62,964 bases of DNA from Lentisphaerota bacterium (GCA_015061565.1 SUWI01000002.1:1-62964), one strand, 5' to 3'; shown: positions 8,619-17,257, numbered from the stretch's first letter. Translations and numbers: made by a program. Notes: generated by a model from the letters alone, not told the origin.

Positions 8619-9362
8619 TCATCGATGAGTCCGGCCCGTGGCGATCATGGAATTCAGCAGCAGATTGTACAGATCCGGGTTCGTGCGGAGGGTCCCGCTG
8701 ACGGAGAAAGTGACTTCCGTTTCCGTGGCGCCAGTCACCTGGATTTTGTTGGGAATGAACTCATAGACCAGCCGAAAAGCCTCCCGGTATTCTTCGAAGA
8801 TTTTCCGGCAGATTTTTGCTGCGGCTCTGTCGATCGCGGCCTTGCGCTTTGCCCGTAAATGCTGATTGATCTGAGCAGTGATTTCGTTGCCGATCTGGAT
8901 GTTGAGTTTCTCCCGGTCCTTTTCCGTCATGGTATCGGCTGGCAGAATATTGGCGAGAACGGCGGACACATCCTGATTGCTGACATCGGCTTCAATTTTG
9001 ACCGTGTAAGTTTCACGTTGTTTGGATTCGGACAAGACCTTGTAATTATCCACATACCCGTAGGCAAATTCAATAAGGTTCTCGCGGATGATCGCGTCAT
9101 TCCGGATCATCGTGGAAGATTCGATATAGGTGCCGATGCCCTGCCGGACCGCTTCTTTGAACGCATCCTGCAGAGCGGCCTCGCGGGTCGTTCCGTTTCC
9201 GGAAACAGTAACCGGGGCGGCCGTCAATTCCATTACCGCGCAGCTGAAAAACAGAATACATACCCGGATAAAACATCTCCGGCATAAAGCGTCCTGCAAT
9301 TCGGCATAGAACCGCCGGAGCGCATGGAGCATTGCATGCCCCGGGGATGAAAGACTATTCAT
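8619..9362 (-). CDS. Secreted hypothetical protein with a FlgT-N/LPP20-like N-terminal domain
   Basis: 247 aa. Hydrophobic leader CFIRVCILFFSCAVMELTAAP. The domain VSGNGTTREAALQDAFKEAVRQGIGTYIESSTMIRNDAIIRENLIEFAYGYVDNYKVLSE...YTVKIEADV aligns by eye with the N-terminus of 7235..8416. Confidence 0.65.
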   Translation of the reverse strand: MNSLSSPGHAMLHALRRFYAELQDALCRRCFIRVCILFFSCAVMELTAAPVTVSGNGTTREAALQDAFKEAVRQGIGTYIESSTMIRNDAIIRENLIEFAYGYVDNYKVLSESKQRETYTVKIEADVSNQDVSAVLANILPADTMTEKDREKLNIQIGNEITAQINQHLRAKRKAAIDRAAAKICRKIFEEYREAFRLVYEFIPNKIQVTGATETEVTFSVSGTLRTNPDLYNLLLNSMIATGRTHR

Positions 9363-9535
9363 TGGTGATCGATCCTTTTTATCCTGATTGGTTCTTAGTT
9401 CAGCAAGGCGGCTTCTCCCCGCTTATTCATCTTGCAGGATATTCCATGGAGGCCGGCAGACCGTCCGAAATCAGCAGGGCCATAACTGGCTGAAGCAGAG
9501 CACCGAGGATTCATTCGGATACCGGGACAGGGCAA

Positions 9536-9808
9536 TCAGAAATTATCTTCGACATCCACATCGCCGCAGAAGATTCCGGTGCGAGATTGAGGCTTTTTTG
9601 CCGCCTTGGGGGCAGCTGTTTTTTTCATTGAAACCGGGGTCTTCTGTTGTGCCGCTGTTTTCTTTTTTACAGTGGCCGGCGGGTTTTTCCGGCCGGATAC
9701 GGCAGTTTGACGAACCGGTTCCGGATTCGTGCTGGAAGAGTCTGGTTGAGAAACACAACCGGAAACCAGACATGCAACGGTGAAGATCAACAGTGCGTAT
9801 TTCATCAT
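9536..9808 (-). CDS. Small lipoprotein with a Lys/Pro/Ala-rich tail
   Basis: 90 aa. AAGGAG lies 8 nt upstream of the ATG. Lipobox: MMKYALLIFTVACLVSGC. Confidence 0.6.
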   Translation of the reverse strand: MMKYALLIFTVACLVSGCVSQPDSSSTNPEPVRQTAVSGRKNPPATVKKKTAAQQKTPVSMKKTAAPKAAKKPQSRTGIFCGDVDVEDNF

Positions 9809-9868
9809 TACGAATTCTCCTTTTATATAGATTTCGACTCCAATCCGGGGACCGCCCAGTTCCCGGAA

Positions 9869-9884
9869 CTGATCTCGAGATCAG
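9869..9884. repeat. 16-nt perfect palindrome CTGATCTCGAGATCAG
   Basis: Read directly from the sequence. It is followed on the plus strand by CTTGATTTTT. Confidence 0.9.
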
Positions 9885-10155
9885 CTTGATTTTTGCTGTT
9901 CCGGAGCTCGGGGCTCCAGTACCGCGGGCAATGAAACTGCCCGAACAACGCCAATGCCAACGGGCGCTGCCGCTGATTTTCTGTTCGCTTACCCCCTTTC
10001 AGGTTGGTTGAATCATTAAAAACTGACCCCGCTCTGCACGCTCCGGAGATTGGCCGATATCCGGAAAGGTCCTGCAGGCAGAGTATATCCGACTGTCCGA
10101 TACGACAGGTATTTACCCGGGATTTTTGGTTCTTCCCCGGGCAAACCGGATCTCG

Positions 10156-10202
10156 ACAGACTGCGAATTGTTATTGGATCTGCAATTCGGCTGTCTGTTT
10201 TT
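10156..10202 (+). terminator. Orphan intrinsic-terminator-like hairpin in a gene-free region
   Basis: The plus strand reads ACAGAC-tg-CGAATTG-(12-nt loop)-CAATTCG-gct-GTCTGT followed by TTTT. No plus-strand CDS lies upstream. Confidence 0.35.
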
Positions 10203-10227
10203 CACCTTTCATCGATGTCCGGCAAAT

Positions 10228-10256
10228 AACATAATACTGGATACAGAAAAAATCAA
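10228..10256 (-). promoter_or_regulatory. Candidate sigma70-type promoter pointing leftward
   Basis: The minus strand reads TTGATT-N17-TATGTT. The -35 box is embedded in the recurring motif CAGCTTGATTTTT. Confidence 0.3.
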
Positions 10257-10413
10257 GCTGCATCTCTGTCTGCGCTGAATATTTTTTCCGTAAAAAAGCA
10301 CTCGAAACATTCGTTCTTATTGCGTTGAATACCCTGATGCAGGAAAAAACAAGCCAGAAAAACGAAATCCCGTCCCGGCTGGCCGTTTTTCAATGATAAA
10401 TTCAGCAATCAAG

Positions 10414-10442
10414 TTGAAAAACCGCTGAAATGAGGTTATATT
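10414..10442 (+). promoter_or_regulatory. Candidate sigma70-type promoter of the GT39 gene
   Basis: TTGAAA-N17-TATATT, 85 nt upstream of the ATG at 10527. Confidence 0.35.
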
Positions 10443-10526
10443 GATTGAATCAAAAGAAGCCGATATCATCATCGGACATTGCCATTTTTATGAAAACGTG
10501 TCAACACCAGAAAAGGATCGGTTTGC

Positions 10527-12080
10527 ATGAAAATTTTACATTTGATCGTGGATCATTTCCGCTGCACGGACAGTGCGGACGCCAAGGCTTACGGACAGGA
10601 GAAGATCTTTTCCTTCCGGAATTTCTTCTGGATCCTCTTCGCCTGGATGATCCTCTGGACGGTCTGGCCGTCGCTGTGCATCGGCAACGTCGCGATCGAC
10701 GTGGCGGAAAACATCGCGTGGGGCGACAACTTCCAGTTCGGGTATGACAAGAATCCCTATTTCGGAGCCTGGCTGTCCTGGGCGGCCTTCCGGATCTGCC
10801 CGTCGGAATATGTTTTTTACTGGATGAGCCAGATCGCGGCGACGCTGGGACTGGCGGCGGTGTATCTGCTGACCGCCGAAGTGACGGGGAGCCGTTTTGC
10901 GGGCTTTGCCGCCGGCCTGTCGGCCTTGCTGATCCCGTTTTTTTCGCATTCGGCCTGTGAATTCAACGACGACGTGATCTGCATTGCGCTGTGGGGCTGG
11001 AGCGCACTCTGTTTCTACCGGGCAGTCAAAAAAGATTCCCTGAAATCGTGGATCGGAGCGGGAGTGTTTGCCGGACTGGCGCTCATGACCAAGTATCTGG
11101 CGGGAGCACTGCTGCTGCCGCTGGGACTGCTGCTGTTCTTCACTGCCGAGGGACGGAAGTGCTGGAAACGGCCGGGGATGTATCTGGCGGGAGCGGTGTT
11201 TCTGGTGCTGGTGGTGCCGAATGTGATCTGGCTCTGCAAAAACAATTTCATCGCGCTCTCCTACGCCATGGACCGGGCGCGGCTGGATGAACCGACCACC
11301 GGTCTGGGCACCCGGCTGAAGTTCATGCTGGATACTGCCGGACAGTTCCTATCGCGGCTGATCCTGCCGCTGGCGTCGCTGCTCGTTTTCCGGCGCAGTG
11401 CCGAAAAAACGCCGGATACCTTCGGCAGGAAACTGATCGTCATCGCCGCACTGGCGCCGTTTGTCCTGTCGCTGCTGTTCATTCTCGTGACCGGAGGTAA
11501 AGTGCTGACGCCCTGGCTCACGCCGTATTTCGTGTTTTCGACCCCGCTGCTGGTGCTGTGGTACCGTCCGCTGCCGGAACGGCGCACGTTCCGGTGTTTT
11601 GCGGCAGTGATCATCGTCGCCGCCGCGCTGTTCGTCGTGTTTTTCGGCTACGAATATCTCCATAAACGTCCGTATCTCAGAAGAGGCGTCACCTACAATG
11701 TCTGGCCGGGTCGGACGGTCGCGGAACAGATGACGAAACAATGGCGTGAGCGTTACGGCAGGCCGCTGCCCTATGTGATCGGAGACCGGACGGTGACCTG
11801 CAATGTGACGTTTTATTCACCGGACCATCCGACCGCATTCTTCGACCACCTGACCGAGCTGAGTCCGTGGATCGATCCGGCCGATGTGCAGCGGCGCGGC
11901 GCGGTGATCCTGTGGACCGGCAACGATCCGCCGCGTTACCTGAAGGATTACGGACCAAGGATCGTGATGCTGCCGGACATCGTTGCGGAACGGGCCGCCG
12001 TGGGGTGGTACCGCAAGCTGGCAGGACCGCTGCGCACCGTAACGGTCCATGCGGCATTTCTGCCGCCGCAAACCAAATGA
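10527..12080 (+). CDS. Integral-membrane glycosyltransferase, family 39 (ArnT/PMT-like)
   Basis: 517 aa with many hydrophobic helices. The first-loop motif IDVAENIAWGDNFQFGYDKNPYFGAWL and the overall architecture resemble ArnT/PMT_2-type lipid-linked sugar transferases. Confidence 0.8.
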   Translation: MKILHLIVDHFRCTDSADAKAYGQEKIFSFRNFFWILFAWMILWTVWPSLCIGNVAIDVAENIAWGDNFQFGYDKNPYFGAWLSWAAFRICPSEYVFYWMSQIAATLGLAAVYLLTAEVTGSRFAGFAAGLSALLIPFFSHSACEFNDDVICIALWGWSALCFYRAVKKDSLKSWIGAGVFAGLALMTKYLAGALLLPLGLLLFFTAEGRKCWKRPGMYLAGAVFLVLVVPNVIWLCKNNFIALSYAMDRARLDEPTTGLGTRLKFMLDTAGQFLSRLILPLASLLVFRRSAEKTPDTFGRKLIVIAALAPFVLSLLFILVTGGKVLTPWLTPYFVFSTPLLVLWYRPLPERRTFRCFAAVIIVAAALFVVFFGYEYLHKRPYLRRGVTYNVWPGRTVAEQMTKQWRERYGRPLPYVIGDRTVTCNVTFYSPDHPTAFFDHLTELSPWIDPADVQRRGAVILWTGNDPPRYLKDYGPRIVMLPDIVAERAAVGWYRKLAGPLRTVTVHAAFLPPQTK

Positions 12081-12168
12081 TCCGGTAAAATTCTTCCCTT
12101 TTTTTCAGATATAAAACTGGAAAAAACCGCTCCGGTATGCTATGATACCGAATCACAGGAGATTTGAG

Positions 12169-13428
12169 ATGTCAGCATCACTGGATTACGAACTGGACGG
12201 CAGCAGGAAACATCTGGAACTGAAAACCGATACGGAATACTGTATCGGGCGGGATCCGGATTGTGCGGTCTGTCTCGGAGACCTGGACAATGTCAGCCGC
12301 CGGCATTGCGTGGTCTATTTCAACACCACGATCAATTCCTATGCGCTGGCCGATCTCTATTCCACTGCCGGAACGGGTCTGAACGGACGGAAAATCGGCC
12401 ACATGGACGTGCCGCTGCATAACGGGGACAGAATCACGGTTGGAACCGTTAGTTTTTCATTCCATTGCGACTCGTCCAGCGCCATCGGACCAGCCGGAAA
12501 GGATATTTCCGGGACTTCCGTGATGCCCCGCCCCGAACCGTTTTTCCAGGGCGGACAAATGACGGCTGAAGGCCAGTTCCGATATCAGAAAAACGAATTG
12601 TTCCATGGCAATGAGAAAATCCTGGAGCAGCTGCCGTCCCGGGAAGGAACGGAATTGTACCTGACCCGTTCGGCCGAAGGTGCGATCCATTTTCTGAAGA
12701 TTCAGACGGAACTGCATCAGGACGGCAGTGCCGGAAGAGAATTGCGGAAGCTGAAGAGCGAAATCCCCAGTCTGAACGGACTGATCCCGATGCGCGACAG
12801 CGGATCACTGGATGACGGAGCCTGTTTCATTCTCTCCGACTATCAGGATGTTCCCTCGTATGCCAAAATGATCTCCATGCTGTCTCCGCTGCCGCAGAAC
12901 AATGCGCTGGCCCTGATCTATTCGGTCGGCATGATCCTGGCCAGAGCGTGGCAGAACAACCTGTTCCACGGTTTCCTGAAACCGTCCAAGATCCTCTACT
13001 GCCCCAAGGAAGGGAATTATCTGACGGAAATGGGCCTCTCGGACTGGCGGGAACGTTTTTATCCGGAACTGACACTGCGGCACGGTCAATGGTATGCCGC
13101 CCCGGAAACGACTGCCGGAAAAAGTGTCTGGCAGTCCGATCAGTATGCGCTGGGCATCATGCTGTTCCAGATGCTGACCGGGGTGCTGCCGTTCCGTTCG
13201 GATGCGCCGAATGAACTGGCCAGGATGCACCGGGAACAGACCATGCCCCTGCCCCAGGAACGCAACAGCCAGATCCAGACGCTCCCGGCGGTCGATGCCA
13301 TCATTCTGCGGATGACCATGAAAGATCCCGCCGAACGCTATGCGTCCTGGGAAAAACTGCTTCACGATCTGGAAAAGGCCAATGCCTTATTCATAAATCA
13401 GGGAAAAAACAATCATAACACACGATAA
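12169..13428 (+). CDS. FHA-domain protein with a degenerate Ser/Thr-kinase-like domain (predicted pseudokinase)
   Basis: I preferred the start at MSASLDYEL (AGGAG 8 nt upstream); the ORF-track ORF begins at 12142. FHA signature: CIGRDPDCAVCLGDLDNVSRRHCVV...NGRKIGHMDVPLHNGDRITVG. The C-terminal kinase lobe is recognisable (YAAPE, SDQYALGIMLFQMLTG, DPAERY). The catalytic motifs are altered: HGFLKPSK in place of HRDLKPxN, and EMG in place of DFG. Confidence 0.8.
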   Translation: MSASLDYELDGSRKHLELKTDTEYCIGRDPDCAVCLGDLDNVSRRHCVVYFNTTINSYALADLYSTAGTGLNGRKIGHMDVPLHNGDRITVGTVSFSFHCDSSSAIGPAGKDISGTSVMPRPEPFFQGGQMTAEGQFRYQKNELFHGNEKILEQLPSREGTELYLTRSAEGAIHFLKIQTELHQDGSAGRELRKLKSEIPSLNGLIPMRDSGSLDDGACFILSDYQDVPSYAKMISMLSPLPQNNALALIYSVGMILARAWQNNLFHGFLKPSKILYCPKEGNYLTEMGLSDWRERFYPELTLRHGQWYAAPETTAGKSVWQSDQYALGIMLFQMLTGVLPFRSDAPNELARMHREQTMPLPQERNSQIQTLPAVDAIILRMTMKDPAERYASWEKLLHDLEKANALFINQGKNNHNTR

Positions 13429-13450
13429 TTTCAAGAAAGGAAAACCAAAA

Positions 13451-14152
13451 ATGGCAATGCAGCACTTGAACGTTCCCCCCGACAACCATGTGAAAGTCCT
13501 CGACGGCCAGGGCTGGGTCGGACTGATCGACCACCTGGGCTCTGAAACTTCCATCGTCAACGCCGCCCGCGTTTCGTTCGGCAAACTCAAAACCGAAATG
13601 AACGAAAGAGACATTGTGCTCCTCCAGTATCTGATCGAAAACAAGCATACCAGTCCGCTGGAACATATCGTTTTCACTTTCAGCGTGCATTGTCCGCTGT
13701 TCATCCGCGGACAGTGGCACCGTCACCGCACCTGGTCCTACAATGAGATCTCCCGCCGTTACACCGAGATCGACCTGGAATTCTATACGCCGTCGAAACT
13801 GCGGATGCAGGCGGAAAACGACCGTCAGGCCTCGGTGGAATCGCCGGATTTCGACGACAGCGCCATGCGGTTGGAGATCGCCGAACACAACCGCAAATCG
13901 CTGGAACTCTACAACAGCCTGATTGCCCGGGGCGTCTGCCGCGAACAGGCCCGCGGCGTCCTGCCGCAGAACATGATGGTCACCTTCTGGGGCACCGTGG
14001 ACCTGAACAATCTGCTGCACTTCCTCGAATTGCGCGACAGCGAACACGCCCAGTGGGAAATCCGTCAGTATGCCAAGGCCATCAAGCAACTGATCAAGCC
14101 GATTATCCCGAACGTGGCCGCCTATTTCGAATCCAAGGGACAGGCCTGGTAA
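13451..14152 (+). CDS. thyX: FAD-dependent thymidylate synthase ThyX
   Basis: 233 aa. ThyX signature RHRTWSYNEISRRY; also TSPLEHIVFTF. Confidence 0.95.
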   Translation: MAMQHLNVPPDNHVKVLDGQGWVGLIDHLGSETSIVNAARVSFGKLKTEMNERDIVLLQYLIENKHTSPLEHIVFTFSVHCPLFIRGQWHRHRTWSYNEISRRYTEIDLEFYTPSKLRMQAENDRQASVESPDFDDSAMRLEIAEHNRKSLELYNSLIARGVCREQARGVLPQNMMVTFWGTVDLNNLLHFLELRDSEHAQWEIRQYAKAIKQLIKPIIPNVAAYFESKGQAW

Positions 14153-14153
14153 G

Positions 14154-15653
14154 ATGACTGCATACGAGCGTCTTCGCGAAGCGTGCGGAGTCATCCGCGA
14201 CCTGGAACATACCGCCGCCCTGCTGGATTGGGACCAGCAGACTTTCATGCCGGTCAATGCCGAACCCGACCGGGTCGCCCAGCTGACCACGCTCGCCGGC
14301 GTCATTCACGAAAAGCAGACCGACCCCGGTTTCGCCCGGCTGCTGGAACAGGCCGAGGCGGAATGCCGGGATTGTGCGCCCGATTCCGTTCAGGCCTGCC
14401 TGATCCGCCGTCTCCGCCGCGACATTGAAAAACAGTCGAAGGTCCCGGTCGATCTGGTGAAACAGCTGGCCGAGGCCGCGGCGCAGGCGCACAGTGCCTG
14501 GGCCGGCGCCCGCGAAAAAGCTCAATTCTCCCTGTTCGCCCCCCATCTGGAACGTCTGCTGGACCTCCGCCGGCAATATGCCGTGCTGTTCGCTCCGTAT
14601 GAAAGCATTTACGATCCCCTGCTGGACAATTTCGAGGAAGGGTTTACCGCGAAACAGCTGGATATCCTCTTTGCCGATCTGCGCCGGAATCTGGTCCCCC
14701 TGCTCCGCCGGATCATCGATTCCCAGCCCCCGGCGGAATGTCCGAAAGCCGTTTACGGCGAAAAGGAACAGCTGGCGTTCATCAACGAAGTGCTTCATGC
14801 CGTCGGATACGATTTCACGCGCGGACGTCAGGACCAGAGCGCGCATCCGTTCACGAACGAATTCGGCCTGAACGATGTCCGGATCACTACCCGGATCTTC
14901 CCGGAAATGCCGCTTTCGGCGCTGCTCAGTTCTATACACGAGTGCGGACACGCCCTTTATGCGATGGGGGTCAGCCGCGAACTGGACCGCACGCCGCTGG
15001 CGGACGGAGCCTCGTTCGGATTCCATGAATCCCAGTCCCGGCTGTGGGAAAACCTGGTGGGCAGATCGCGCGCCTTCTGGGAATATTGTTTCCCGGTCTT
15101 CCGCAGATATTTTCCGGAACAGCTCAAAAACGCTTCCGCGGAACAGATCTGGCGTGCGGTCAACCATGTGGAAGCCACGCTCATCCGGACCGAGTCCGAC
15201 GAAGTGACCTACAATCTCCATATCATGCTGCGCTACGAAATGGAAAAGGAACTGCTCAACGGCACGCTGGCGGTCAAGGACGCGCCCGCGGCCTGGAATG
15301 CCAAATCCATGGAACTGCTCGGGGTGGAACCCGCCAACGATGCGGAAGGCATCCTGCAGGATATCCACTGGTCGATGGGCGAATTCGGCTATTTCCCGAC
15401 TTATGCGATCGGCAATCTGCTGGCCGCGCAGACCTGGTGCGCCGCGGAAAAACAGGTGCCGGATCTGGAGGCGGAGATCGCGAAAGGAAACTTCCGTCCG
15501 CTGCTGGATTTCCTGCGCCGCAAAGTGCATGTGCTGGGAGCCAGATTCACGCCCGCGGAAACGCTGCGCCGAAGCCTGGATGCCGAAGAAATCAAACCGG
15601 ATTGTTTCATCCGGCTGCTGGAAAAGAAATATTCCCGGATCTGCGGTTTCTGA
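14154..15653 (+). CDS. Carboxypeptidase Taq-type metallopeptidase (family M32)
   Basis: 499 aa. It has HECGHALY (HExxH), HESQSRLWEN, IRTESDEVTYNLHIMLRYE and DIHWSMGEFGYFPTYAIGN, the conserved M32 blocks. Confidence 0.93.
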   Translation: MTAYERLREACGVIRDLEHTAALLDWDQQTFMPVNAEPDRVAQLTTLAGVIHEKQTDPGFARLLEQAEAECRDCAPDSVQACLIRRLRRDIEKQSKVPVDLVKQLAEAAAQAHSAWAGAREKAQFSLFAPHLERLLDLRRQYAVLFAPYESIYDPLLDNFEEGFTAKQLDILFADLRRNLVPLLRRIIDSQPPAECPKAVYGEKEQLAFINEVLHAVGYDFTRGRQDQSAHPFTNEFGLNDVRITTRIFPEMPLSALLSSIHECGHALYAMGVSRELDRTPLADGASFGFHESQSRLWENLVGRSRAFWEYCFPVFRRYFPEQLKNASAEQIWRAVNHVEATLIRTESDEVTYNLHIMLRYEMEKELLNGTLAVKDAPAAWNAKSMELLGVEPANDAEGILQDIHWSMGEFGYFPTYAIGNLLAAQTWCAAEKQVPDLEAEIAKGNFRPLLDFLRRKVHVLGARFTPAETLRRSLDAEEIKPDCFIRLLEKKYSRICGF

Positions 15654-15674
15654 AACGGTCCGCCGGCCGGGCAG

Positions 15675-15841
15675 CGCGAACTGATACGGAGAATACGGAG
15701 AAGACAGAGAATACGGAGAGCGCATAAGACTGGAGCGGCCCCTGGATAGAAAAGCAGAATGGAAATCCTGGTTTTCCGGGGTTCGGCATGGACTCCCGCG
15801 AAACACCGTATTCTCCGTATTCTCCGTAAAAAAAGTTCGCG
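15675..15841. repeat. Inverted-repeat-bounded intergenic element containing 9-bp tandem repeats
   Basis: The left arm is CGCGAAC-tga-(TACGGAGAA)x2, followed by GACAGAGAA and TACGGAGAG (four 9-mers, 15685-15720). The right arm (15811-15841) is (TTCTCCGTA)x2-A7-GTTCGCG, the reverse complement of the left arm. Confidence 0.75.
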
Positions 15842-15923
15842 GATTCCGGACAGACCATCTCCCCGACTCCACTGTCGCGATACCCCAAAATCAGAAAAAA
15901 TCATTATTTTTTTCATCTGCCTC

Positions 15924-15952
15924 TTGACAACAAAGTAATGCACGCACAAAAT
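15924..15952 (+). promoter_or_regulatory. Candidate promoter of the cassette-A regulator
   Basis: TTGACA-N17-CAAAAT. Confidence 0.3.
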
Positions 15953-15986
15953 TACCTTCAGAATGATTTTGAAGAGGAGTTTTGTC

Positions 15987-17081
15987 GTGGCTCATCCGCC
16001 GAAAATCGCGAAACTTTGTCTGGATCTGCAGTGCTATATCCGCATGTATTCCCGTCCGGGAGACAAACTGCCCGCGGAACGGGTGCTGTGCAAGATCATG
16101 GGGGTTTCCTCGCGCACCCTCGGGACTGCCATGCGGAGGCTCGTCGATGAACGGCTGATCATCCGCAACACCAGAGGCAGTTTCGTCTGCGATGCGATCA
16201 GCCGGGCCGGCGAGGACGATCCGTTGACCCTGCTGCTGCCCTGCCCGGATTTCTCGTTCAACAAGGATACCACCAGCGCGCTGTCCAATCAGCAGATGAT
16301 CCGCGGAGCGCTGGCTGCGGCGAAAAAATACCGGCGGCGCGTCATCACCATTCCGGTCACGGACAGCAACAATCCGGATGACATCAACCCGACCCAGCTG
16401 GCGCGGATCGATGCGGGGAGCATGGTCATGTTCCAGAGCCGATGGTATGAGCCGCTGTTCCCGTTTTTCCGTGAACGGCGCTGCCGTCTGGCGTTCCTCA
16501 ACTGCGGCTGGGACACGCCCGAAATGTTCCCGGATAATGACTGTATCCTGGTCACCGAACGCAATTACCAGTCCGCACTGTTCGAACAGGGGATCGCCTG
16601 GCTGTCGGACGCCGGAGCAAGCCGGATCCTTTTCGCAGTCAATGCGGGTCTGCCGGAAGAGGAAACCGACCTGACCAAATTCGAGGATGCGCTGAAAAGG
16701 CACGGTGTGAAAGGAAAACTCATGTTCTGGAGCCGGAACTGGAATTTCCAGCAGTGCACGGAATGGCTGAAACATCTGCATGCAAAAGAAAAATTCGACG
16801 GTCTGCTGCTGTATTCCGACCCGCTGGGATATTACGATCCCGAACTGGATTTTTACGAGATGACCGGTCTTCCGACCGGCCTGCCATTGCTGATCTCGGA
16901 ATCGGGACTGGTCAACCAGCCGCGGATCGGCCGTCATGCCGCCGTGATCCATACGCAATGGAGCCGTTACAGCCGGGAAGCGGCGGAATTTCTGCTTTCC
17001 GGAAGACATGGGAAGGAATTTGTCACCATGGAATATAAAATCGAACCTGCCTCGCAATATCAGGGGATCGGGTTCAAATGA
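15987..17081 (+). CDS. GntR-type HTH regulator with a LacI/PBP1-like sugar-binding domain (cassette A)
   Basis: I preferred the GTG start at 15987 (GAGGAG 7 nt upstream); the ORF-track ATG is at 15963. wHTH: LPAERVLCKIMGVSSRTLGTAMRRLVDERLIIRNTRGSFV. It is paralogous to 31332..32471 and 60945..62003. Confidence 0.8.
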   Translation: MAHPPKIAKLCLDLQCYIRMYSRPGDKLPAERVLCKIMGVSSRTLGTAMRRLVDERLIIRNTRGSFVCDAISRAGEDDPLTLLLPCPDFSFNKDTTSALSNQQMIRGALAAAKKYRRRVITIPVTDSNNPDDINPTQLARIDAGSMVMFQSRWYEPLFPFFRERRCRLAFLNCGWDTPEMFPDNDCILVTERNYQSALFEQGIAWLSDAGASRILFAVNAGLPEEETDLTKFEDALKRHGVKGKLMFWSRNWNFQQCTEWLKHLHAKEKFDGLLLYSDPLGYYDPELDFYEMTGLPTGLPLLISESGLVNQPRIGRHAAVIHTQWSRYSREAAEFLLSGRHGKEFVTMEYKIEPASQYQGIGFK

Positions 17082-17188
17082 CCGGAGTATCTGATGTCAT
17101 GAAGGGAACAGAACATCAAATGGAAGGGTGCAGGATCCGGGGAATGGTGTTTTTGCACAAAACCTCAAAAAAAATGCATGAAATATCA

Positions 17189-17217
17189 TTGCCATTTTTT
17201 TCAAACTGAACTATAAT
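17189..17217 (+). promoter_or_regulatory. Near-consensus sigma70 promoter of the cassette-A pseudopilin operon
   Basis: TTGCCA-N17-TATAAT. Confidence 0.5.
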
Positions 17218-17257
17218 ATACAACAAAATGCTTTCAACAGAAGCAAAGGAGAGAAAC

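Noticed and set aside
15685-15720. The 9-bp tandem repeats considered as a possible CRISPR array or minisatellite-encoded peptide.
   Set aside because: The repeat unit is far too short, there are no spacers and no cas genes are in the window. The copies lie in intergenic positions in both orientations.
14103-15872. 589-aa minus-strand ORF containing SPYSLSSPYSPYQFAL repeats. The related N-terminal extension MNVTRSPYFPYQFAL of the amidotransferase ORF extends to 24143.
   Set aside because: The first ORF is antisense to the M32 carboxypeptidase. The tripeptide repeats are just the translation of the intergenic 9-bp repeat element. The amidotransferase has a better start (24020) with its own RBS and promoter downstream of the element.
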